The position numbers and the translations under genes were made by a program. From an uncultured Opitutia bacterium (GTDB taxonomy: Bacteria > Verrucomicrobiota > Verrucomicrobiia > Opitutales > Opitutaceae), in NCBI GenBank assembly GCA_903873805.1, contig CAIQQB010000106.1, positions 102,672-166,671 on the forward strand: 64,000 nucleotides of DNA, written 5' to 3'. Shown one piece after another: positions 38,320 through 48,300 of this stretch. Position 1 is the first letter of the stretch. Each line of letters begins with the position of its first letter. Below the pieces are notes generated by a model, which ran no database searches, had not been told where the DNA came from, and saw nothing but the letters and a program-made list of their open reading frames with translations.

Positions 38320-38796
38320 ATGGACTCACATGAGGTGATGAAGGAGCTGCTGAAAAAGACCGGGGCGAAGCAGGTGGCCGCCGAGCTCGGGCTGTCGCTG
38401 TCCCTGATCTACAAATGGGCCGAGCCGCCCGAGGAGGGCACCGGTAGTGGTGCCGGCAACCCGCTCGACCGCGTTGGTCAGCTCATCCGCCTCACGGGCG
38501 ACGCCCGGCTCGCGCAATGGGTCTGCGAACAGGCGGGCGGATTTTACATCCGCAATCCGAAGAACCTCGCGCCGGGGCGGGCGTTGATCCCGATCACCAA
38601 CGACATCGTGCAGGAGTTTGCCGACATGCTCGCCACCATCGCAATCTCGTCGTCGGACAATGTGATCACCGATGAGGAGGCGAAGAAAATCCGGGCGCGG
38701 TGGGAGGAGCTGAAGAGCGTGACGGAGGGATTCGTGCAGGCGGCGGAGGTCGGCAACTTCGGTCCGCCGGTGGAGCCGAGGACAGCACGGGGCTGA
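38320..38796 (+). CDS. hypothetical HTH protein (phage CII-like / Cro-CI-like regulator?)
   Basis: 158 aa. 'KQVAAELGLSLSLIYKWAEP' looks like a helix-turn-helix. It diverges from the sigma-NfeD gene and I could not place it in a family. Confidence 0.45.
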   Translation: MDSHEVMKELLKKTGAKQVAAELGLSLSLIYKWAEPPEEGTGSGAGNPLDRVGQLIRLTGDARLAQWVCEQAGGFYIRNPKNLAPGRALIPITNDIVQEFADMLATIAISSSDNVITDEEAKKIRARWEELKSVTEGFVQAAEVGNFGPPVEPRTARG

Positions 38797-38801
38797 TCCG
38801 C

Positions 38802-39317
38802 TCAGAGGCTGTCCCGCCCCTGATGGCGGACGGCGGCGCATTCCGGGCAGAGCCGCTGTTCGGTCGGTCGGACGGGATGTTCCCGCAGGCAGTCCGCGAG
38901 GCTCTTGCGCAGACCGGCAATCTGTTCGATGCGGTCGCAGGCGGGGCAGATCCGCAGCAGCGTTTCGAGCTGCTCGATCCGTTCCCGGTCGGATTTGCGG
39001 CCGCGTTTAAAGATGTGAAAACTGAAGGCGATAAAGGCGAGAATCACAAAGCTCGACAGACCGCGCTCCCAGAAAATCCACGGGCGGGAATAGTGGGTGT
39101 TGACCGCCCAGTCCGCCCAGCGGTGGACGAGGGTGGAGATGATGCCGAGCCAGAGTCCCGCCGCCAGACCCGAAAACCAAGTCGCCCAGACCACGGGAAG
39201 AATATAGAGAAAGAAAACGCTGATCTCGAATCCCGTCTCATAGTCCAGCCAGGTCGCCAGCACGAGCATCGCCAGAGCGATGAGCAGCGCAGTGAACTGA
39301 CGGGGGGCAGGTTTCAT
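38802..39317 (-). CDS. hypothetical membrane protein with a C-terminal CxxC…CxxC zinc-ribbon
   Basis: 171 aa with 4 TM helices and 'ICPACDRIEQ…CPECAAV' at the C-terminus. Confidence 0.5.
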   Translation of the reverse strand: MKPAPRQFTALLIALAMLVLATWLDYETGFEISVFFLYILPVVWATWFSGLAAGLWLGIISTLVHRWADWAVNTHYSRPWIFWERGLSSFVILAFIAFSFHIFKRGRKSDRERIEQLETLLRICPACDRIEQIAGLRKSLADCLREHPVRPTEQRLCPECAAVRHQGRDSL

Positions 39318-39523
39318 GGGTCGGGCCGGATTTAACGGGTTATCCGAATAGGAGGCCGCCTATCCAGTGGCAAGCCAAGTCCGCCCGATGCATTGCCGCG
39401 GGCGGTAATCCACGACCGGCTGCGCCGGCGGCGGGCGTGAAAGGGATCCTTTCAAGGTATAAATCCCTCGGTGACCAAAGAGAGCACTTAATCGACCGCC
39501 GAACGGCCTCCCGGTCCCGCTAG

Positions 39524-39555
39524 CATGTCAACCAATAGTAGACGTGTTCGTGGGA
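39524..39555. promoter_or_regulatory. second copy of the 32-nt conserved motif (catgtcaac-caatag-tagacgtgttcgtggga), with its core inverted relative to the copy at 25917
   Basis: See the feature at 25917. It lies about 210 nt upstream of the 38802..39317 gene, on the same side as that gene's start. Confidence 0.5.
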
Positions 39556-39624
39556 AAACATGGGCAATGGGCCCAAGCCCGAGGTGAAATTAACGGGGCG
39601 GAGCGCGGAGCCGCGCCGCGGTGC

Positions 39625-40371
39625 TCAGCGGGCCAGCAACTGTCGGGTCAGGAACGCTGTCTGCAGGCCCGCCAGTTCCAGGAGGCCGCGCTGGGCAAGA
39701 CCGACCAGGCCCAGCAGCTGGGCATGGGAAAACGTCGTCTCCTCGCCGCTGCCCTGCACCTCGACGAACTGGCCGCGGCCGGTCATGACGATGTTGGCGT
39801 CGACCTCGGCGTCCCGGTCCTCGGGGTAGTTCAGGTCGAGCAGTTCCTGGCCGGCGCAGACGCCGACGCTGACGGCGGCGACGGAGTCGGTGAGCGGGTT
39901 TTCGGGAATTTTTTTCGCATCGAGCAGCTTTTGCACCGCGAGGCGGGCGGCCAGGAACGCGCCGGTGATGGAGGCGGTGCGGGTGCCGCCGTCGGCCTGG
40001 AGGACGTCGCAGTCGAGCCAGAGGGTGTTCGGCCCGAGCTTTTGGAGGTCGAGGACGGCGCGGAGGGAGCGGCCGATGAGCCGCTGGATCTCGATGTTGC
40101 GGCCGTCGGGCTTGCCCTTGGAGATTTCGCGCGGCTTCCGGTCGAGCGTCGAGTAGGGGAGCATGGAATACTCGGCGGTGAGCCAGCCGCCGGGGACCTT
40201 CTGCTGTTTCATCCAGAGCGGGACGCCGGGCTCGATGGTGGCGGCGCAGATGACGCGGGTGGAGCCGAACCCCACGAGGACGGAGCCGGTGGCGTGCGGC
40301 GCGATGCCGGCCTCGAAGGTGATGGGGCGGAGCTGGTCGGGACGGCGGCCGTCGGCGCGGAGGGAGGACAT
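39625..40371 (-). CDS. rph: ribonuclease PH
   Basis: 248 aa. 'RADGRRPDQLRPITFE', 'GSVLVGFGSTRVICAA' and 'DCDVLQADGGTRTASITGA' are RNase PH signatures. Confidence 0.95.
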   Translation of the reverse strand: MSSLRADGRRPDQLRPITFEAGIAPHATGSVLVGFGSTRVICAATIEPGVPLWMKQQKVPGGWLTAEYSMLPYSTLDRKPREISKGKPDGRNIEIQRLIGRSLRAVLDLQKLGPNTLWLDCDVLQADGGTRTASITGAFLAARLAVQKLLDAKKIPENPLTDSVAAVSVGVCAGQELLDLNYPEDRDAEVDANIVMTGRGQFVEVQGSGEETTFSHAQLLGLVGLAQRGLLELAGLQTAFLTRQLLAR

Positions 40372-40478
40372 GGTGCGGGTCAGTCAGCCCGCCGCCGCGG
40401 CGGGTGCAAGCTTGGAGCGGGGGGGCGGTGGTGGTGTAGGGCTCGACCTTGCGTCGAGCTTCGGGCACGCTTTGCAAC

Positions 40479-41030
40479 ATGGCGACATTTACGCCCAGAC
40501 AAACGGAACGTTTGCGGCTCGGGAGGGTATCTCTGCCAGGGGCGCGTTATTTTGTGACGGTCTGCACCCGTGGTCGTGAACCTGTCCTGTCGGTTGCCGA
40601 AAACGCCGAACGGATTATCGCCGCGATGGTCGAGCTCGATGCCAGTGGAGACGGGCAGTTTCTCGCGGGAACCGTCATGCCAGACCATATTCATCTCTTG
40701 TTCGTTTTGGGAGAGCGTTTGACGCTGGCACGGATCATGGCCAAAGTGAAAAGTCGGGCCCGGCGGGCCGATGCGCCCTGGCGCTGGCAAGGCAATAGCT
40801 TTGAGCACTGAATTCGCCCGGAGGAGGAGGCCGAGGACTATGCGTTCTACATCTTCATGAATCCCTATCGCGCCGGGTTGATCGGCATGCAGGCAACTTG
40901 GCCGTGGTGGCGGCGAAGTCCGGTGTGGCCATGGCAGTTTGAGGCCGGTTTGGATTCGGTCGGACGGCCACCCGCGGAATGGTTGCAGTGGAGCGAGGAA
41001 GTGGTGGCGAGGGTCTCAGAGCGGGATTGA
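40479..41030 (+). pseudogene. REP-associated tyrosine transposase (RAYT, IS200/Y1-transposase-like) interrupted by an in-frame opal (TGA) codon at 40809-40811
   Basis: The upstream part 'MATFTPRQTERLRLGRVSLPGARYFVTVCTRGREPVLS…MPDHIHLLFVL…WQGNSFEH' carries the HuH motif. Reading straight through the TGA in the same frame continues 'IRPEEEAEDYAFYIFMNPYRAGLIGMQATW…', which holds the catalytic Tyr and NP motif aligned to the RAYT consensus 'WDHVIRDEEDYERHVDYIHYNPVKHGLV'. Confidence 0.7.
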
Positions 41031-41066
41031 GCGAAGAAAAGAAAGGCCTCACGCAAGGTGAGGCCC
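41030..41066 (-). terminator. rho-independent terminator of hprK; probably bidirectional and also serving the RAYT gene
   Basis: Hairpin GGCCTCAC-gcaag-GTGAGGCC at 41045-41065. On the minus strand it is followed by TTTCTTTTCTTC. Confidence 0.6.
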
Positions 41067-41102
41067 TACGACGGAAGAATCGGTGACTGCTGACCATCCC
41101 CT

Positions 41103-42095
41103 TCACTTCTCCTGCGAGGCGTCGAGGCGGATGACTTTGGCGGGGGACTCGGACTGCTGGCTCATGTGGGCGATGAGGCGGTCGTTGAAATCCTTGGCGG
41201 GGTCGTGGCCCATCTTCTTCAGCGCCTGGGTGAGCGCGGCGACCTCGACCAGCCGGGCGATGTCGCGGCCGGGGCGCACATACAGCTCGATGTGCGGCAC
41301 CTGCAGGCCGAGGATGTCGTAGTGGTTCTCCTCGAGTCCGGTGCGCTCCTCCACGGCGTCGGACGTCCATTCGCGGAGGGTGACGACGAGGTCGATCCGT
41401 TTCTGGACCCGGACGCATTTCACGCCGAACATCTCGGCGACGTTGATGATGCCGAGGCCGCGGCACTCCATGTAGCCGCGGTTGAGCTCGCGGCTGGAGG
41501 CCATGAGCTCGCGCTCATCGAGCAGCCGGATGACGGTAAGGTCGTCGGCCACGAGCGAGTGGCCGCGCTCGATCAGGGCGAGCGCGCACTCGCTCTTGCC
41601 GACGCCGGAATCGCCGCGGAGCATCACGCCGATGCCGCGGACGTCGAGCATGGTGGCGTGCTCGGTGGAGGCGGGGGCGAACTCGTTGTCGACGCAGAGG
41701 GTGGCGAGGTTCACCCAGTTCATCGTGATCATGGGTGACCGGAAGAGCGGGAGGTTGCGCTCGGTGGCCACGACCAGCATGGGGTGCGTCGGGTGGTAGT
41801 TGCGGGTGAGGACGAGGCAGGGCACCTGGCGGTCGACCATCTCGCTCATGATCTCGATCTGCTTTCGCTGGTCGAGGGTCTTGAAGAAGGTCATTTCGGC
41901 GGCGCCAAAGACCTGGATGCGTTTGTTGGCAAAATACTTGAAGAAACCGGTGAGGGCGAGGGCGGGGCGATTGATGGAGCCCTCCTTGATGAGCCGGTGG
42001 AGGCCGCCGCCGCCGGTCACGAGCTCAAGCTTGAGTTTCTCGCGGTAGGTCTCGAGGAAATGCGCGACCGTGATGCCCTGGATGGCTTTTTGCAT
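41103..42095 (-). CDS. hprK: HPr kinase/phosphorylase
   Basis: 330 aa with Walker A 'GDSGVGKSE' and the HprK signature 'LVADD…GLGII'. Confidence 0.9.
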   Translation of the reverse strand: MQKAIQGITVAHFLETYREKLKLELVTGGGGLHRLIKEGSINRPALALTGFFKYFANKRIQVFGAAEMTFFKTLDQRKQIEIMSEMVDRQVPCLVLTRNYHPTHPMLVVATERNLPLFRSPMITMNWVNLATLCVDNEFAPASTEHATMLDVRGIGVMLRGDSGVGKSECALALIERGHSLVADDLTVIRLLDERELMASSRELNRGYMECRGLGIINVAEMFGVKCVRVQKRIDLVVTLREWTSDAVEERTGLEENHYDILGLQVPHIELYVRPGRDIARLVEVAALTQALKKMGHDPAKDFNDRLIAHMSQQSESPAKVIRLDASQEK

Positions 42096-42213
42096 GGGAA
42101 AGGAAAACTCTTATTGGTTATGGGTGGTCGCTCATCGGGCCATTGGCCGGAGTTTTCTGAAATGGAAAAATGAGCGTTAGGCGACAACCAATGAGCGATC
42201 TGCCAATCCCTGT

Positions 42214-43017
<804 letters not shown>

Positions 43018-43024
43018 CGCGGGG

Positions 43025-43588
43025 TTACTTCGTCGGCTCGGGTGCGGGCACCGGCGTGGGGGGCTGCATTGGCTTGGCCTTGTCGAAGCCGAGGTCCTTG
43101 ACGGGCGGTCCGCTGAACTTGACCTTGTCGCCGAAAATGCGGCGTTCGCCCCGCAGCAGGATGAGGCGTTCGCCAGTGGCGACCCACGGACCGGAATGGT
43201 CGAAGACCACCGGTTCCTCGGTGAGCACGATCTTGTCTTCGCCGGGCAGAATCTCGGCCCGGCCACAGGTGACCTCGCGATCGCCCTGGACGATGTGCAC
43301 GTTGCCGGTGGCGAGCAGCGACTTGAACTGGTCGGGTTTCACCAGCGTGGTCAGCTGATCGGCGCTGCGGGAAGCGACCACGAGCAGCCGGTCACAGGTG
43401 ATCCGGATGTTGTTTCCGGTCACCACGACACTGCCTGTAAAATCCGAGGTGGTTTCCGTGTTGGTGCTCCAGATCTCAACCTTGGTGCTGGTGATTTCGG
43501 TCGGGGAAATGGCGTCGGCAGCCAGCAGGCCGGTGACCGACAGCAGGAGGCCGGCGGCCAGGCGGCAGAGCAGGGGGGATGGTTTCAT
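43025..43588 (-). CDS. lptA: LptA-like periplasmic LPS transport protein (OstA-like beta-jellyroll)
   Basis: 187 aa with a signal peptide and the OstA-like 'ITCDRLLVV…TGNVHIVQGDREVTCGRAEI'. It sits immediately upstream of lptB. Confidence 0.7.
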   Translation of the reverse strand: MKPSPLLCRLAAGLLLSVTGLLAADAISPTEITSTKVEIWSTNTETTSDFTGSVVVTGNNIRITCDRLLVVASRSADQLTTLVKPDQFKSLLATGNVHIVQGDREVTCGRAEILPGEDKIVLTEEPVVFDHSGPWVATGERLILLRGERRIFGDKVKFSGPPVKDLGFDKAKPMQPPTPVPAPEPTK

Positions 43589-44043
43589 TTGAGGATGTCC
43601 GGCAGCTTGGCCCGGAAGACTATCCGGGCGTTCTTTTCGATCAAAACCCTTTTTTCACGGTAAAAATAGCTCCATTGCTCCCCGGTGATTTCCAGGTTGT
43701 CCCGCACCACCCGCACCGATTGGGACCCGTGGATGCTTTCGTGGTCCGGCTCCGTGTGGACGGTGGCGGCCGGGCTGACGAACACCGTGTCCACCCGGTT
43801 GTTGGCATCACCGCTGAAGATCGTGAGCGTTACGCCCGTCATATCGACCTGCGACTGGCTGATGATGTGGGCGGTGTCGGCCCGCAGCACGCTGGCGATC
43901 CAGCTATCCTTGGTGAAGGTCGGCAGGCGGAAGTCCTTCACCGGTGCGTCCGCCAGCACCTGCGGGGTGCCGGAGCCGCCCCGCAGCAGGAGGGCGCACG
44001 GGGCGAGCAGCAGGAGGGCCACGGCGAGGCGGCGAAACATCAT
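43585..44043 (-). CDS. LptC-like membrane-anchored LPS transport protein
   Basis: 152 aa from ATGATG at 44043 (MMFRRLAVALLLLAPCALLL…). Its stop overlaps the lptA start as ATGA. The call rests on position within the kdsC-lptC-lptA-lptB order. Confidence 0.55.
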   Translation of the reverse strand: MMFRRLAVALLLLAPCALLLRGGSGTPQVLADAPVKDFRLPTFTKDSWIASVLRADTAHIISQSQVDMTGVTLTIFSGDANNRVDTVFVSPAATVHTEPDHESIHGSQSVRVVRDNLEITGEQWSYFYREKRVLIEKNARIVFRAKLPDILK

Positions 44044-44618
44044 CGTTTCGTCCTCCGGCGGGGGCGTTGGTTCCCGGCTTTCGGGCCGGACAGGGCGGTC
44101 CGGCTGGCGAGCAGCAGCTCGCAGATTTCGCGGACGGCGCCCAGGCCGGCGGGCCGGGAGGGAACGAGATCGGCGGCGGCGAGGGCGGCGGGCATGGCGC
44201 CGGCGGGAGCGATACCGACGCCGGCCCAGGCCATGGCGGGGGCGTCGATGTCGTCGTCGCCCATGTAGGCGCATTCGGCCGCGGTGAGGCCGAGAGCGGC
44301 GGCGAGTTCCTGAAGTGCGGCGAGTTTGTCGGTCCGGCCCTCGATGAGGTGCGGGATCTTCAGCTCGGTGGCGCGGGCGCGCGTGGCGCCGGACGGCCGG
44401 CCGCTGATCCAAGCGACGATGAATCCGGCCCGCAGCAGGCGCACCAGGCCCAGGCCGTCGAGGATGGAGAAGGTCTTTGTTTCCGTGCAGCCGTCGGAGG
44501 AGATTTGCACGGTGCCGTCGGTGAGGACGCCATCGACGTCCAGCGCGAGGAGCCGGACCGCCGCCCAGCGGGCGGCAGGTATTTTGGATTTTGCAATTTG
44601 GATTTTGGGGCGAAGCAC
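44040..44618 (-). CDS. kdsC: 3-deoxy-D-manno-octulosonate 8-phosphate phosphatase (HAD superfamily); start uncertain (GTG at 44618 lies inside an AT-rich mini-repeat)
   Basis: 'LLALDVDGVLTDG' is HAD motif I and 'YMGDDDIDAPAMAWAGVGIA' is motif IV. The ORF-track N-terminus 'MLRPKIQIAKSKIP' is encoded by the repeat. Confidence 0.8.
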   Translation of the reverse strand: MLRPKIQIAKSKIPAARWAAVRLLALDVDGVLTDGTVQISSDGCTETKTFSILDGLGLVRLLRAGFIVAWISGRPSGATRARATELKIPHLIEGRTDKLAALQELAAALGLTAAECAYMGDDDIDAPAMAWAGVGIAPAGAMPAALAAADLVPSRPAGLGAVREICELLLASRTALSGPKAGNQRPRRRTKR

Positions 44619-44688
44619 GGGGAAACTGCGGGTGAGCGTGAGTGGTTAATCCAAAATCGAAAATCCAAATTCAAAAATTTTCAGCCCA
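44583..44688. repeat. inverted pair of AT-rich mini-repeats (ttttggattttgcaatttggattttgg … aatccaaaatcgaaaatccaaattcaaaaatttt) at the kdsC 5' end and the kdsC/E1 intergenic region
   Basis: The motif CCAAAATCCAAA(A/T)TC in a ~70% GC genome recurs at 45640-45675 and 48857-48890. Confidence 0.75.
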
Positions 44689-46744
44689 GCCATGTGGCGA
44701 TCTGTTCAATCAGTTTGTCCCGGGTTGGGCGGAACGCATTTTCCAGTTCGGGGGCGAAGGGCACCGGCAGGTCGAGCGCGCCGATCCGCAGCGGGGGCGC
44801 CTCGAGAGTGAAGAAGTGGTCCTCAACCAGCCGGGCGACCAGTTCGGCGCCGAAGCCGTGGGTGCGGCGGCCCTCGTGCAGGACGATGAGGCGGTGCGTG
44901 CGTTCGAGGGAGGCGCGGATGGCGTCGAGCCGGAGCGGCGCGAGGGCGCGCAGGTCGAAGAGGTCGAAGGTCTTTTCGTATTCGCCGGCAAAATACTCGC
45001 AGGCCTCGGCGGCGAGCAGCGTCATCTCGCCGTAGGTGACGAAGGTGGCGTGGTCGCCGGCGCGGACATGGCGCGGCGTCCACACGTCGCGGAAGTTGGG
45101 GTCCCATGCGACCGGCTGTTTGCCGCGGCGGTAGAGCCCCTTGTGCTCGAAGAGGAGGACGGGATTGTCGTCTTCGTAGGCGGCGAGAAGGGCGTTGAAG
45201 GCGTCCTGCGGGGTGCTCGGGTAGAGCGCCTTGAGGCCGGGCATGGCGAGATAGACGGACTCGAGTTCCTGCGAGTGGAACGAGCCGAAGGTCAGGCCGC
45301 CACCACAGGGGAGGCGCAGCACGAGCGGCACCTTCGCGCCGGAGCGGAAGTGCATGGTGGCGGCGTTGAGCGTGATCTGGGTAAACGCCTCGGTGGAGAA
45401 GTCGGCGAACTGGAACTCCTCGATGGGGCGGTGGCCGTTGAGCGCGAGGCCGATGGCCCAGCCGGTGCAGGCGCTTTCGGCGAGGGGGACATTGCAGACC
45501 CGCGGGCGGCCGAAGTCGGCGAGGAGACCCTCCGTGACCTTGAACGCGCCGCCGTAGGTGGCGATGTCCTGACCGAGGACGATGGATTCTTTTCGTTCGG
45601 TGAGGATTTTTCTGTGCGCGAGATTCAAGGCCTGCGCTGAATTCAGAATTTGGATTTTTGATTTTGGATTTTGGACTGCGGAGTCCAGCGAAGGAAGCCA
45701 AGGAATGGGCGGGGCGGGTGGGGCGAAGACTTCGGCCTGCAAGGTGGCGAGGTCGGCCGTGGGGCGCGGGGTGGCGAGCGACTGCTGGACGCAGGCTTCG
45801 AGGAAGGCGTCGAGTTCGGCCTCCGCCGCGGCCAGGGCGGCGGGCTGGGTGGTGGCGAGGCGGGCCCGAAATTTGGGCAGCGGGTCGGCGGTGAAAAACG
45901 CGTCGCTCTCGCCGGGCCGGAGGTAGTCGCCGGTGTCGTAGGCGGCGTGGCCGCGGAGGCGGAGCGTGTGGGCCTCGATCACGAGCGGGCGGCGGGATGC
46001 GCGCACCCGGGTGATGGCGGCCGCGAGGGTGCGGGCGGTCGCGGCGGGATCGGCGGTGGCGTCGAGCGCGAAGCCCTCGAGGCCGTAGCCGGCCGCCCGG
46101 CGCCAGAGCTCGGTGCCGGCGGCGAACTGTTCGGCCACCGGTGTCGAGTAGGCGTAGCGGTTGTTCTCGATGATGAAGATGACGGGAAGGGACAGGAGCG
46201 ACACGAGGTTGAGCGTCTCATGGACGTCACCGGTGCTTGACGAACCGTCGCCCAGAAAGGCGAAACCGACGGCGGGACACCCGAGCCGGCGCTGGGAGTC
46301 GGTGCTGCCGGCGACGGTGGAGAGCATCGCGCCCAGATGGCTGATCATCGGCAGCGAGCGGTGGGCGGGGTCGCCGTGGTGGATGTTGCCCTCGCGGGCG
46401 TGGGTGGGACTTAGGGCGTTGGCAAAATACTGATTGAGATGGTCGCAAAGATGGCCGCTCCAGAGCAGATGTCCGCCGAGGCCGCGATGGGAGAAGGAAA
46501 CGACGTCGATCGCCTTGTCGGCCAGCAGCGCCAGGGGGACGACGAGACCCTCGTTGCCCTGGCCACCGCAGACCGTGCCCTTGATCAGCCCCTGCCGGAA
46601 GAGATCGAGGATGCGGTTGTCCATGGTCCGCGACAGCTGCATCCAGGCATAGAGGCGGAGCTCGGCGGCGGCGGGCGATTGCTCCAGCTCGGTGGCCGAA
46701 AGGTCGCGGGCCGAGAGACAGGCGGGATACGGAGGGAAGGCCAT
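44681..46744 (-). CDS. fused TPP-dependent 2-oxoacid (pyruvate/acetoin-type) dehydrogenase E1 component, alpha and beta subunits in one polypeptide
   Basis: 687 aa from the ATG at 46744 (MAFPPYPACLSARDL…). The alpha part carries the TPP motif 'GDGSSSTGDVHETLNLVSLLSLPVIFIIENNRYA'. The beta part is transketolase-like ('IVLGQDIATYGGAFKVTEGL…'). The linker 'SLDSAVQNPKSKIQILNSAQ' is encoded by an AT-rich mini-repeat. Confidence 0.85.
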   Translation of the reverse strand: MAFPPYPACLSARDLSATELEQSPAAAELRLYAWMQLSRTMDNRILDLFRQGLIKGTVCGGQGNEGLVVPLALLADKAIDVVSFSHRGLGGHLLWSGHLCDHLNQYFANALSPTHAREGNIHHGDPAHRSLPMISHLGAMLSTVAGSTDSQRRLGCPAVGFAFLGDGSSSTGDVHETLNLVSLLSLPVIFIIENNRYAYSTPVAEQFAAGTELWRRAAGYGLEGFALDATADPAATARTLAAAITRVRASRRPLVIEAHTLRLRGHAAYDTGDYLRPGESDAFFTADPLPKFRARLATTQPAALAAAEAELDAFLEACVQQSLATPRPTADLATLQAEVFAPPAPPIPWLPSLDSAVQNPKSKIQILNSAQALNLAHRKILTERKESIVLGQDIATYGGAFKVTEGLLADFGRPRVCNVPLAESACTGWAIGLALNGHRPIEEFQFADFSTEAFTQITLNAATMHFRSGAKVPLVLRLPCGGGLTFGSFHSQELESVYLAMPGLKALYPSTPQDAFNALLAAYEDDNPVLLFEHKGLYRRGKQPVAWDPNFRDVWTPRHVRAGDHATFVTYGEMTLLAAEACEYFAGEYEKTFDLFDLRALAPLRLDAIRASLERTHRLIVLHEGRRTHGFGAELVARLVEDHFFTLEAPPLRIGALDLPVPFAPELENAFRPTRDKLIEQIATWLG
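45640..45675. repeat. AT-rich mini-repeat (aatttggatttttgattttggattttggactg) embedded in-frame in the E1 alpha-beta linker
   Basis: Its reverse complement translates as D S A V Q N P K S K I Q I L N S A within the 44681..46744 CDS. Confidence 0.75.
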
Positions 46745-46998
46745 GAAGGAGCCTCCACGTTGCCCGGCCCGGCAGCCGGGGCAAGCCTGCGCTGGAGGGC
46801 GGAGTCGAGCGATTCGCAGACTGGTGGATTTGGCTTCGGACGAAACTTTCGCGCTGCAACAATGGCGGCGAACGAACATTAAAGCGCGTTGACCGCAACG
46901 CCCCTGCAAATCGCGATTGCGCGAACCAGCGCATTGGGGTCAATGCGCTCCACCTACATGCGACTGGACCGGAAGGAATCGGCCTTGATTTGCCGCGC

Positions 46999-48279
46999 TT
47001 AGCCCGCGGGCTTGGGGGCGGCGGGCGGCGTGGTTGCGGCTGGGGCTGGTGCAGCGCTGTCTTTTGCTGGCGGGGTGGGCGCAGCGGCGGCCGGCGGGGT
47101 GGGCGGCGGAGGCAGCGGTTCAAAGACATCCTCGGGCTTTTGCGGCAGGCTGGTGAAGAGGTAATCGGTTACCTCGAAAGCGCGTTTCTGCATCAAGGCG
47201 TTAACCGGGGCTGAGGCATCGCTGTGCGTGACAAACGCGAAGACCGGGCCGGCGGGGATGGTCTCAAACTCCGGCTCGGCCGGCTTGGCGGGCGCCTGGA
47301 CCTCGGTCGGGGCAGCGGCAGCGTCGGGCTTGGTGGGCAGGGCCGGCGGATACGTCGCGGCCGGTTTAATGTCGGCCGGAAGGGTCGGCACGGGTGGCTT
47401 GGGCCGTTTCTCCTCGGGCTTGCGACCGAGGGCGATCGTGACGGCCTTGCCGTCAAAGGTGGTGAATTTGGACGTCCGGACGTTGGCCCGGGCGGTGGTG
47501 GCGCTGGCGTCATCCGACGCGGTGGTGTCGGTGAAACGCAGCGAAGAGAGGTTGTTCAGGATCGGGCTGAGGGCGTCGGTCTTCAGCCGCTGTCCGGTGG
47601 GAGTCTGGCTGGCGACCCACGGGGCGTCCTTCTTCTCTCGGGTGAAGGTGAGCGAGGGGGCGGGCTTCGAAGCCAGGTCAGCGACCTGGCCTACAGCCGG
47701 AGTCGGCGCGGGGAAACTCAGCTCAATCTTGGCGATGTCGTCGGGCGTGAGCTTGAGCAGGGTGGCGTCGGCCCAGTTCTTCGGGTCGGTGTCAAGCGAG
47801 GGGTCGAAGCGCGCTTGGAAGGCCTTGTCCTCGCTGCCGAAGCGGAGGAACCGGCCGCCGGCGTCATCGGACTTGCCGAGGGTGAGTTCGAGCAGGGGGG
47901 CGCCGGCGGCGTCGAAGAGCGAGCACTTGGAGTCCTTGAACTCGAGGCGGGCGAGCACGGCCGGCTGGGCGCTCACGAAGCGGTCGACCTTGGCCGAGGT
48001 GAGGTCGTCGATGAAACGGGCGAGCTTGTCGAAGTCGGCGGGAAAGTCGTAATAGGATGTGACCCGCCAGACGCCGTCGGCCGCCTTGGCGAGTTCGACG
48101 GTCTTGCCGTCGGCGGTGAGGCGGACCTTGGCGGTCTTTTCGGCGGTGGCGGCCGGGATGACCGGCTGGCCGACGCGGGGATCGGCGGCATGCGCGGCCG
48201 AGGGGCGGTTGACAAAGCTGACCACGCCGGCGAGGGCGGCGAGGACGGCGACAGCAATGACGAGGGTGCGGAGTTTCAT
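46999..48279 (-). CDS. DUF4340-like secreted protein (GldG-associated), with a Pro/Ala-rich C-terminal tail
   Basis: 426 aa with a signal peptide (MKLRTLVIAVAVLAALAGVVSFV). It lies immediately downstream of the GldG-like gene, as DUF4340 genes typically do. The call is positional. Confidence 0.55.
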   Translation of the reverse strand: MKLRTLVIAVAVLAALAGVVSFVNRPSAAHAADPRVGQPVIPAATAEKTAKVRLTADGKTVELAKAADGVWRVTSYYDFPADFDKLARFIDDLTSAKVDRFVSAQPAVLARLEFKDSKCSLFDAAGAPLLELTLGKSDDAGGRFLRFGSEDKAFQARFDPSLDTDPKNWADATLLKLTPDDIAKIELSFPAPTPAVGQVADLASKPAPSLTFTREKKDAPWVASQTPTGQRLKTDALSPILNNLSSLRFTDTTASDDASATTARANVRTSKFTTFDGKAVTIALGRKPEEKRPKPPVPTLPADIKPAATYPPALPTKPDAAAAPTEVQAPAKPAEPEFETIPAGPVFAFVTHSDASAPVNALMQKRAFEVTDYLFTSLPQKPEDVFEPLPPPPTPPAAAAPTPPAKDSAAPAPAATTPPAAPKPAG

Positions 48280-48300
48280 CGCAGAAGGTGCGGAAGGGGC

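Noticed and set aside
40809-40811. Possibility that the in-frame TGA in the RAYT gene encodes selenocysteine
   Set aside because: The position corresponds to a hydrophobic non-catalytic residue in RAYT alignments. No SECIS-like stem-loop follows immediately, and RAYTs are not known selenoproteins. A pseudogene, readthrough or sequencing error is more likely.
40865-41056. 63-aa minus-strand ORF
   Set aside because: It lies entirely within, and antisense to, the C-terminal half of the RAYT reading frame.
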